NCBI RefSeq assembly: GCF_001186125.1
Contig: NW_014039762.1
Span: forward strand, 1-42,232
Direction: 5' to 3'
Source of the DNA: Sphaeroforma arctica JP610
Taxonomy: Eukaryota
Length of the DNA: 42,232 nucleotides
Made by a program: the position numbers and the translations under genes. Positions 25,099-36,146 of the stretch are shown here, piece by piece; within the stretch, counting starts at the first letter, position 1, and each line of letters opens with the position of its first letter. The notes under the pieces are model-generated. The model did no database searches. It was not told the DNA's origin and saw only the letters and a program-made list of their open reading frames with translations.

Positions 25099-27865
25099 TC
25101 ACTTGACTTCAACTTTTGGTTTCACCTTGCACGTATGCTTGTGGTAACCTCCAGTTCCGGTACAGTCGGCACACTTCTCGATAAAGTGCTTACACTTTTC
25201 TGCGTGCCTTCCATTCCATCTGCCATTCGGCTCCTGTTGGGTCATTCGCCAATTGCAATCAGTCTCACTACAGTTCTTGACCTTCCTATTCCTGGGCTTA
25301 GGGTTGCCTGCCAGCGGTCCATTTCTGATGGTCTGGTTACCCTTAGGGATGACATTGTTCTTGTGGCTTTCAGAAGCATTTGTATTTTTGTTCTTATTGC
25401 CACCCTTGTCACCCCCTTTGTTTACCTTCTGACCTTCATTCATGGACTAAGAGTCTCGACCATTGCCTGATTCCCCGGTAAGATTGCCGTCGACATTCCT
25501 CTGAGCATTAGTAACTTTCACCACGGAACTAGGGCGTTTGGTAAATGTCTGATCCGCTCTCGTGTAAAATTCTGCCCAGGTTAAGTCCGCTAGCTTCATT
25601 ATACCGTAGGTAGGTCCCTCAATGGAGATCTCTCGTACCCTATCCGGGTAAGATTGATGCATATCGGCGTACATAATCTCTTGATCTCTCCTATGTAGGT
25701 TTGACTAAAAGATTGTCTGCACCCATAGTACACACATGGATAGCTTATCAGGTGACATCTCCTGAGTTTGAGCCCGTGACATGTGTGTGTCCAACTTTAA
25801 TAAGTAGTGGGACACCGGCGTTCCTTCTTCCGGTGGTATCATGATCGATACAAGCAATTCCGGTCGAGGGTCCGTCGAAAATAAGTGGACGATCATCTCA
25901 CTTTGCTCATTCCACGTTTTCAGCTTAGTGATCGCTTGTTTCGCCTTCTCTAACTTGTTATACTTGTAAGAGGACAGCTTAAAGCTCTGCTGCGCTTCTT
26001 CGAACCATAGGTTCTTTCGTAGATTGGCTGTAAGCATAATCTGTCCAAACTCTTTCAAAGACCTAGATAACAACGCCAGACTGCTAGTATCGATTGGATC
26101 CTTTCGGTCTTTTCGATCAGATCTGTATGTCGTTGGTAGTTTACTTATGTCCTTTACAAACTTCTTGCCTTCCACAGCCTTCTCGGTCTGAATCACTCTC
26201 AGTTCTGAATCAATCTTAGTCTGGAGATGCGTAGCCATTGTCATATAAAAACTAGCGGCATCAATCCTACCTAGATCCATCGCTTCGAGTGAAGCTGCCC
26301 CAGCCTTGTTCATTTGAACAGTGAATTCAGCAATTTTCAGATCACTACTAGAATGATCTGATCCCTTCTTTTCTGATTGCATTTGACCATGCAGTCAGTT
26401 ATCTGCCTCATCCTTTGATCCATCGATCTGTTCAATGTTAGTGAACGCTTCGGATGGGGCAGCATCTTTCTTCGTCTTTGAGATAACCGCTGGGGGCGAA
26501 CTGTCTTCCGATGACGAAAATAATTTTCTCGCTTTCACCTGATCAGGTTTCGGCTCTTCGGTCGGTCTGTCCTTCTGAAATACCTCTGGGGCATTCTGTG
26601 GATTCCTTCCGGTAATGGATTTGGATTAGACTCTTGTTCAGATGCCATTCGCGACACTACTGTTGCGTCCAATCCAGGCGAGGGTTGATTTTCGGGTGAT
26701 GAAGATCGGATTCTGTTTGCCTCTCCATTGCCTGACAACATCTCGAACGCCAATATGGCTTGATAGAGTGCCAAATGGTTTGATATCAAGTCGGGAAGAT
26801 CTACCAGAAGATCCCGAATTGCGTACCAAATTAAGTATGCAAAGCTTCCATCGCTCCTAGTTCCGAATACCTCCGGCAATATCTTTTGAAACTGACGGAA
26901 AAGTTTGCGTGCTTGCTTACCGTCGTCAGTTTTCTTTAGTTTTAGCCGATTGTAATACCTATTATCCTTAAACAAATCGTAACCAAACTTTCTTACCGCT
27001 GCATACATAACATACCTCGGTGAGATGGTACCATCTGGTTTGGTCTTCAATACGTCCGGAAAGAACGTTCCATACGTATTTCGAAACAACCATGCCCTGT
27101 TGGCCCGCCGTCGGATCAACTCTCGTTGATTCTCCTCCTGAAGATCAATCTGTGCCTGATAGGAATTACCCAGATCAAAGTTCTGTCGCCAAGCCGGTCG
27201 GAGTTCCTGCTGTCCGAATCGTCGTCCTGACTGTGAAATGTCTGGGCCACATCATCCGGACCTATATTCACGAATCGCAGTTGTTCTTCCGATACATTGA
27301 TTTGGGGTTGATCCAAAAGTGCTGGTGGATTCTACTTCGAGTCATCCTCCCCTGATTCATTCTGACTTTGATCCTTCGCTGCGGCTTGCTTTTTCTTCCG
27401 CTGCTTAGTAGGTCTCAAATCATGAACCATTGGTTGGTAGTCCTTCAGGAAGGCTCTCATATCCCTTGCTATCATGTGATACGTAGGATCTCGCCTACGT
27501 GCTTTGCGCGTATCCACTGGTGGAGATGGTACATCTGATCCCAGTGCATGTCGGAGTTCCTATGAAGTTGAGTTGTCCGATGAATGCGTTTTCTCGGCTT
27601 TTCCCTTTCGAGATCTCGCCTTCTTCGCAGGTGGCTTCTGTGGCTCTGTAGTCACATTACCTCCAGATGCACCTATACCCGAGTCAGCCAACTTCTTACG
27701 TTTTTGTTTAGTCAGAATTGGTACTCTTTGTCTCGGTGTGATCTCTGTTACGTCAGAATCCACTGATGATGCCGGGGGTGTTTTCAGCTTTTTATCGCCT
27801 TCAGTAAACCAATTTACTTTTGCAGCCTTAGCTACATTCGCTGCCTTATTGTTTCCTTTCGTCAT
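25099..27865 (-). pseudogene. Gag-like region with long N-terminal extension and atypical Cys/His knuckles
   Basis: ATG 32 nt downstream of the 5' LTR. ORF fragments 27560-27865, 27332-27517 and 27116-27316 share one frame. Fragments 25705-26382, 25447-25674 and 25099-25443 share the PR/RT frame. C-terminal CADCTGTGGYHKHTC knuckle. Gag identity is inferred from position. Confidence 0.7.
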
Positions 27866-27897
27866 AATATCGATAGCGTATTATAAACTTAAAAATA

Positions 27898-28815
27898 TGT
27901 AAAAGTCGGTCTCCTCTAGGCTGACTATACGATACCAAGACGTTTACGTTAATAAGACAATACGTTAAAACGTTAAAATGCAAAATGTTAAAATAAATTT
28001 AGCTTCAGCCCTTGGTAGTGAGCAAAAAATTAGAGGATTTTAGACTGAGACTATTGTCTATATGCTCCGCTCTAATCACTCACTACTTCGGTCTAGATTT
28101 ATTTATGTTTTAGGTACTAAGACTAGATATCATTTCATTGGACGCATATTTTATATTTCACGCCTCGAAACAATTATCTACTCAAAATAACCAATAAATT
28201 ATCTCTAAGTCCAACTTAAGAAAATAAAAAATAAAATCAAAACACCAAGCTGGTGCAGTATATATCTGCACCAAAACCCCATCACTTGGTACCTAGCTCT
28301 CCATCCCATTTCAGGCATAGACGGGCACATCTAGTTGGCTGGTTAGGAGGAATCAAAACCAGGTTGTCCTAAATTCTAACAACTCTGATCCTGTCCTTTT
28401 CTTCAGTGGATTATCTTGCTCTGAGATTATTATCGAATTATACCTACTAGTTTGTACAATCATTCTATGTNNNNNNNNNNNNNNNNNNNNGACCACCTCT
28501 CATGGTAGTCCTCATTAATTAGAGATTCCCAAAGTGACATTTTCATGTGTCAGATTTGTATCATTCCTATATTTTGTATCATTCTAAATTTCAGTGGTAA
28601 AAAACCAATCTATATTTGGAAAACAACCTAATTGTCCACAGTAGAGTCCCATACTCTACTGAGTACTATCACATGTTCAGAATCTTGAATATCTCAATAT
28701 TCATGATCAAAACGTTAAACGTATTACAGTATTATAAGTATAAACGTCAATACGATAATACGTTTATAATATACGTTAATTGTGCAACTACTATTAGGAA
28801 CCCGCTATTTTTACA
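27898..28815 (-). repeat. 5' LTR (~918 bp, contains 20 N)
   Basis: TGTAAAAgtcggtctcctctagg...ggaacccgctatTTTTACA, with a 7-bp terminal inverted repeat TGTAAAA/TTTTACA. Confidence 0.95.
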
Positions 28816-31229
28816 AACAGGCCACAAAAGTGGAGTAAATTTGTTTAATGTTTGGGAAACCTAGGGTATTTAGTGCCCGTGATGATAGCTGCTACTAGGA
28901 TGAGTGCTGAAGTATAGCGTTCAAACAGGGAGTACAGCGCATCTTTCCATATAGGCGGAGCCCAGGCAACAATGTTCAGGCCATCAGTCGGTTGCGGGAG
29001 TGTCGCCAGCTAAAGCCATGGAGCCATAAGCGCGGAAAGAGGCGATACTCAGGGACAATGGCTACAACCAGGGATTTTGTAAACTTCGAGGGATATTTCT
29101 ATGTTTTAAACTATGTTATATCAACTAAAATACAATTTAAATCAGTTAGGATTTAGCAGTGGTAGCTTGTGTAAGAATGATCGGGACTGCCTCTTGGTAA
29201 GAGTCTTAATATCCTCGATCACACAGGACATACCTCTAGCTGTTCTTTATTGAATTATTTTCACTAGAAGTACTAAGTGTTCACGACCACATGTCATTTG
29301 TAGATAGACATAAGAACGTAAGTCAAGTTAATATATTAGCTAATATAAATAAAGTTCTATCTAAAGAAAAGTTAAAAAAACGAAAAGACTTATTGGATTT
29401 TGGAGATTGGCGGGAAGACCAAAACCTGTAAGTAGTAGTTCAGAAATTATAAAATTTAGTTTATAATATCTTACATCTACTATCGTCTCAAATAGGTCCA
29501 AGTAAATGGGTCCTACCAAATACTCAGGCTAATGAAGCCATCAAAGTGAATTTAGAACACTTTGGAAATATTGGAAAACAACTTGTCTTAAATACAAATA
29601 ACACCCAATGTGTTATCTCATTTGATCTAGATATTTTAGACTGACCGGAGGCCGTATTTCTACAATTTCATATGTCTGGCGAGGTTGATCCCTGGTATTC
29701 CGTGAGAAAGTGGGAACCCCAAATATTTAGAGCGTTTCGGCTTGGCATGTGTGGACGCCATCTTCAGAAGGAGGTAGCGTGTGTTCCAAGGTGCCACGCC
29801 TTGCAACTACCTGGCGTGATTACTACGGTATATAAGTGACAGGCAATGTGTCATAGCGGCTTGGTATGATTATAATATATTTAAATAAATGTATTTCTAG
29901 GGTAGAAAATTTTGGTTTAAGAGGAGATATCGAAAAATAGAGTAGATCAGTTCTCTGCAATCACGTATATTGGCTCTGGTTCACTGAACAACTTAAATTT
30001 TACTACTGATTCAATGGTTTCTTGTACTTACATAAGTGCGCTATATGCTACATATGAAAAAGTGACCCCACCAACCTAATGCTATGGATAACACTGCTAG
30101 CCTAGTGCTAGGTTAGTTGGTTCCATCAATCGCACAATTTACTACAAAACCCTAAAGATGATGAGTTTGTATGATTCTTATCCTTGATCAATTTTGTGAT
30201 GGGAATTGATCAACAATTGGTACAAGACGAGTACTATTGCCTAGCGAGAAAGGGTCAGGGAAATTTGTTCAGAAGTGGTGATTCCAGCGAGGTAGATTCA
30301 GAGAAGTCTACCCAGAAGTGGATCGTGCGGCCTGAGATCGAAGTTCTTGCTATCGTACACGTTCCATTTTTTTTAGTAAAAAAAGTGAATGACTAAACCA
30401 ACCACTCTAGTACTAGGATAATTTAAAACTCTAGTACTAGTAAGAATACAAAAAGACTATACCGACCGCAACTTGGACTTTTTGGTGAAATGGGGGAGCC
30501 ACTATGTTCCAGTTGAAAGCCTCCACGAATGACCCGTTGTACGAGTATAAGTGCAAAAGACAAATACTTTTATCTTTTAAATCCTCATTGTGAAAACCAA
30601 GTGGTGAAAGGAGAATAACAACACTAGTTTGTGTTTGTGGAGTACTTGTCGAAACAACGGTTTCATGAGGTAGCATGTTTGGTAGGACCTGTGCTGGCAG
30701 ATACCTACGCAAGGGCTGATATACATTGCAATATTTTGCCTTTAGCAATGAATCTTATGCAAGATAAGTGAAGTAGACATTAGGATAAAGACAGAATGAT
30801 AGTAGATAAGTAGAACGTTCGTATGAATTAAAACAGGAGGTTAACGTTGATTGTTATGTATACGTAGACCTACAGCTCAGGAAGAACCATTGTCAGGAGG
30901 TGTGGTTCGTTGAGTCAAGTGTCAGGTTCTAAACGATACTTCCATTGTCACACATGTGACAGCGCTACCTAAGGCACTGTCATAGGACAGCAGGTAATGG
31001 GATAGGTTGGAAGCGTACAACCGGCAGCACCACATAAAGGGTTGTCAAGAAAAACTATAAAAGGCAGATGCACTGGCTAGTGTCAAGGATAAGATAGCAG
31101 TTGTGTAACCAACTTTATTACACCTGGACAACAGTGACTTGCTGGCGTGTATCAGGTCATGGGCTGAATCAAGGTGGGTTTAGATTTAACTAAATGGACA
31201 TCATGCACAAGAAAAGCGTCTACGGGTGT

Positions 31230-33560
31230 CGCCGATATGGGTCTACTGGATTCTTTGTGTACTACAAGTGTCAGAGAAGGTTTGCGTTGAGTGCTGTGTT
31301 TAGTGGTGACTGAGATATCATTATAACCAGAACTTCAAATGATATCTGATATGGAAGGATAATGTGTTTTGCGTGGTACCATAAAGTGAGTTAGCTGTAT
31401 TTACAGTATCGTGTTTAAAACTAACAGAGAACACAACATCAGTACGTCCTGATATACTGTGCTGCTGAATATTTTCCTGAAGAACAGGAATATAAAGTTT
31501 GCGATAGAAGTGAGGACCGTCCTTATACACTCAATGAATAGAGCTAGTAAAGGCCTGTGATGTACCCCATAAAGTGCTGCAGCAACTCTTGGCAGACTTT
31601 GAAACCATTGCATATGACTCTAAGTATATGCAATATCTTATCTTACCTGACGTGAATCTTCAGAAATCTGAAGCCATACCGCGGTATGCGAGTTACTTCG
31701 ATAAGGGCACTGTAAAGTTAAACCACTTAAGCCAAAAGTAAAGGCGTGGGTGGCGGCAGGGGTAATGGAGAGGATAGATAAGTGTTCAGAGTTGTGTTCA
31801 GCACCGCATCTAGTGTACGAGAAACCAAGTGGCAAGCCTGTGACTGTAGATGGTTGGCGCTGCTGCATTAACCTCAAACATGTAAATACTCGATTGCGAG
31901 CGGAGTCATACTACAAACCTACGTAGCGAGAGCGTTGAAATGCAGACGGTGGGTAGCACAGTAGATTCAAGAAAGTATTTGTCCTTCGTCACACCTGAAG
32001 GTCGGTTCGCGTTTGTAGGATTGCCTTTAGGTCTTAAGGAGGCGTCTTGGTGTTGCCAACAGATGCTGGGGAAATGTGTTTGCGGGACTACAAGAGTGGT
32101 TTGTTACATAGATGACATATCGTTCGCCCAGGATGACGCGCGTTAACACTCGTTCTGTCTGCTGGCACTGGTGTCTTGCTGTGTCCATCATGATTTACAG
32201 CTAAGGTTTTACACGTACAGTGTGGCTCAGTACATGAAAAAAATGGTCATTTTAGGCAGATTTGTAGACTACAGAGGGTCAAAGATTGACATGGGACGTT
32301 CAGAGACGTCACTTACTCTTAGTGAACCAACGTCTAAGGACTTGTTAAATAGTGATACCGCACTGTTGGATGGTGGTTAAGGTATGTCGCAAATTTTGCG
32401 CGCATACTGGCCCGCTCTCTGCCCTGTTACAGAACAAGGCGCTACAAAAGCTTTCGGGGCACTCAATGAGTTAGCCGTGCGGTACTGGCAGAGCCGCGGC
32501 CAGATGCTTGTGAATCTGCGGGTGTGTACGGAGTTATGCCTGTCATCAGAACAGGTGTCCTACTAACCCTCTGCTTCTTCGCTTCGGGGTATGACAGTGC
32601 CCAGCTAGCATATCACATCACCGACAAGAAAGCTTTGGCTCTAGTCTATGAGATTTTGAAGAATAGAGTCCTTCACCGGGTAATTCTCCCTGCCCGCTTG
32701 TACTCGAGTAAGTCACGCGCGACCTTTCCGGATGATGTCCGAGGTCGACGTATGTGACGATACTATGATGTCCTTCGGAACTTCGACATTGAACTGATAC
32801 ATGTTACGGGGGTATAGATAATACATTTTGTCTCGCCTGTGTATGCCTGTGGGCCCAAGCTTGCGGGTAAAGGGGCAAAGGCTGGACTTCACCGTGTCTT
32901 GGGCGGAGGCGGTACTAAAGGAGGTCAAATCTGATCAGAAAAAGTGTACATTGGTCTATCTTTATTGGCCATCGGCTGCTTGGCTTCCACTCTTGTGCCC
33001 TCTTCTTACAGACGAACCTCTGCACATTCCAAGTCGGGTGGGATGGGCACTCGTCTACCCGCTCGCCTTCGTCCGTCATACTCGCTTGCTGTCTCGTCCC
33101 ACGTCCGCGTGTGGTCTCTCCGGAGCTGTAGCACAGTTGCGTTTTTTTTTTGCTTCAGATGTAAACTTAGGGGGAATAGTTCGGGGCAGAGTAATTATAC
33201 GTATGGATGAGTGTCGACGTATGTATCAACAGCAGCAGGGCAACAAAGCTCGTTGATACCTGTTGGTACTTGTCAGATACGTTTTTGACGAGATATTGCG
33301 CACCATAAGTTGTGATCACCATGGTTTGTACCAGCTGTATCGACATAGCAGGATACCCCTGTTAAGCAAGTTTTCGACGTTAAAGTCAAGTAATTACGTT
33401 TGTATCGCACTTACTTGGACGTCTTTCTTGCGGATTCGGTGGAGAATGCCTCTGCGGTGGAGACAGCCCGTTTTCTACGGGTGTCAGGAGACTACCAGGT
33501 GTGACTCTTCCGTGAATGAGAGGGGCGTTATCCTGCTTGCTATTGGTCTTGTGGGTGCTC
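31230..33560 (+). mobile_element. Highly degraded LTR-type retrotransposon pol relic (PR-RT-RH-MTase remnant, possible IN)
   Basis: GLLDSLCTTSV (~31240, protease-like). VKAWVAAGVM...DGWRCCINLKHVN (31738-31890). LSFVTPEGRFAFVGLPLGL...CYIDDI. RNase H remnant FFASGYDSAQLAYHITDKKALALV. Then CTLVYLYWPSAAWLPLLCPLLTDEPLHIP, and weakly LAIGLVG. No LTRs recognised. Confidence 0.8.
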
Positions 33561-35390
33561 ATGTTGTGTGGGGATTCCCACGGATACACGGATTGCTACA
33601 TACTGGTACCGACATTGCTTGGCTACTGACCTAGTGTTACTTTCTGTAGTCATTTTTAGCGATAGATTGTCAGGAGATGGTCTTGTACAGACCGAAGATA
33701 ATATATTTTTTGTGTCACACGAACACACAGTCAGAACAGTATTACAATATGCTTTGTTGTCATGTACTCGGGCAGTTGTTTCTCTGTGACATACTTTAAT
33801 ATCTTCGATCTCGTTGCGATCGATTGAATACGCAGACTTCATCGTAGTGTTGTCGGTCGAATTTTCCGCTTTCCCAGTTGATGTGATCTATTGCCTTGAC
33901 TTCTCTTGAGCACAACGACACTTGTGGCAACTGACAATAGTCATTATTCATGTTCTACGTACAAATTGTGTGTAGGTAGCTACATTAGAATCATATGTTT
34001 GGTTCTCGTCCCATGTTAAGGGAGTACAATGGGATGAACTATTTGGATCATTTTCGCAGTTATTTGTTAGGTATGGAGTCATCTAGACACTACTCATGTC
34101 GCTATGGACTCGGTTCGATTCGCACGAAGCTGCCCAGGGGTAATTGGATCGATGGGGATATACACTGAGGTCATAGCTTTAAAAAAGAGCTGTAGTTATG
34201 TCTCAGATATTTGGTTTGTTATAGTAATTGTCGTGGATAAATTATACTTTTGTAATGTAAGACACAGGTACGTTACAGTATTTATGGCCTTATCAGTCGT
34301 TATGTGACTCATTGATTAACTTTATTAGTGTAGGTGCTATTGTGCATGATAGCATAAAAAGAGCTATATAACCAATTCATCCCTTATACGGCTTTTGGAA
34401 TAGGGACGCACGAACCCTTTTATGTTTTAATTATACTGAAGTTGTTAGCTATTGCAACTTTATTTATTTTTATTACTTTTTGTTGGCCTCTCGCACTGGT
34501 TGCAATCGTCTTCACGTTTGTCGTTGCCTTCTTGGCGTTTGCAATCATCTATACAATTTTTATTTTGACTCCGATACAAGCTTCATCGTCATTCACACCA
34601 ATATTTAAAAGTTACATACGGTGCTTTCGCTCCCAAGTCTTCAAACTTCTGCTTCCCCAGTATTGTCAATGTCGCCCTTTCGATAGCCACACACTCAACC
34701 GTTTTCTTCGTCTCTACTTCCTTCCCATTGTCTCGGCGTACCATCAATGTCGTCACGGTAGACACCATCATAAACTTTGATGCGTACAGTGCTCGGAACA
34801 GCAGGACTGTTTTATATACACACTCCAGTCTATAACTAACATTGTTATCTGGTGGTCTGTCACGTCACACCCCTCACTGGGACCGTCGGAGTTGTCGCAG
34901 TCTACAACGGCCGCAGATTCAATCCTGTCCTCAATAAACTTCTCAAAGTTCCGAATGAATGTCATTACGTACGTATAGTCCGAAAAGAATTGGTTACTAA
35001 AATATTACTTGTCGACTGCGCTTACCCCGGTCGATCTGCAACCAATGTCAGGCCACTAGCTCGTGTATATTAAATCGATAGACGTACTTCTCTAGAGTAA
35101 CAACTTACGTCATGCACGCAATGTTGATCTGAAGGAAAATAAACAGTATTGCTTCGAGAGCAAATCTGCCGAGAATACGCCCACTCTAAATGTGTTTAGA
35201 TTGCAGAAAACAGCAGACACCGTTTCAGGTGAACATAATAACGGCAATTTCGCATTGTGTCAATCATTTTACTATTTTAGCTATGTAGTAAATTTATCTG
35301 CACTTTTCGCTACATTAACCATGAACTCTCAGTTAACTCAGTCTGTATTTGCTACAAATTTCGATGTTCTACTTATGTTGAATCTTACCT

Positions 35391-35483
35391 CTATATATAT
35401 ATATATATATATATATANNNNNNNNNNNNNNNNNNNNATTACTTATTACTTATTATATACTTACTACTTACTATACTATACTA

Positions 35484-35578
<95 letters not shown>
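35391..35578. repeat. (TA)n microsatellite with TACTA-like repeats and a short gap
   Basis: Read directly from the sequence. Confidence 0.95.
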
Positions 35579-35582
<4 letters not shown>

Positions 35583-36146
35583 CACATATATAGTCGTATA
35601 TACGCGCATATACTTATTGCACGTGCATGTGGCTGTCAATAGAAAATACGATTAGTCCAATTAACAGGCCGATAGCCAAACATTCACAGAGAATATATTT
35701 ATATTTAAATGTCGATTTTCGCCTTTCCACGATTTTATGTTTGTGGCATTTAAGTATAAATATGTTGAACTTGACTACATATGACTGCGGTGGTATTTTT
35801 GAAGTGAAATAAGCAGCTTGAAATCAAAAGTTAATATTGAAAACAAATAAGTGAATAAAGTTTCACGATGGAATGGTTTATGTGGTACATGCCCCTAAGT
35901 ATACATAGGCATTCATACTTGAGAATGTACTCAGTGTAGGTCATTGTGTATTTATGCTGCCAGTCATACATGCACATCAATTTTAAAATGTGTATTCAAA
36001 AAAATGTATTTGGATACAAACAATATGAAATTTCATTATACACCTAAGCCATATAGTCCGCGTCAACACAAGCTTTCATATCACTGCAATTTACGCTTGC
36101 CGTGCGCACGAAATCGTACTACTAAAATTTATTTCGTGCCGCCAGT

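Larger units (their letters stand above)
19852..28815 (-). mobile_element. Full-length, decayed Ty3/gypsy-type (chromovirus-like) LTR retrotransposon carrying an N6-adenine methyltransferase domain
   Basis: Two direct ~0.92 kb LTRs with TG...CA ends, a PPT, and internal domain order Gag-PR-RT-RH-(MTase)-IN-chromo-like on the minus strand. Multiple in-frame stops and frameshifts. Confidence 0.95.

Noticed and set aside
24412..27562. TAG stop-codon reassignment or programmed readthrough explaining the many in-frame TAGs
   Set aside because: The element also has TGA stops, frameshifts and diverged LTRs. The reconstructed host exons contain no in-frame TAG. Decay is the simpler explanation.
19852..28815. 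Classifying the element as DIRS because of the methyltransferase
   Set aside because: It has direct TG...CA LTRs, a PPT, an aspartic protease and a DDE integrase, and no tyrosine recombinase is visible.
19847..28820. Target-site duplication of the LTR element
   Set aside because: Flanks are gagca|TG and CA|aacag. There is no 5-bp match and only a 3/4 match for a 4-bp TSD (agca/aaca), so it is not claimed.
35005..35050. STGVSA as a PIF1/Helitron helicase motif
   Set aside because: No Walker A or other helicase motifs nearby, and a stop follows within four codons.
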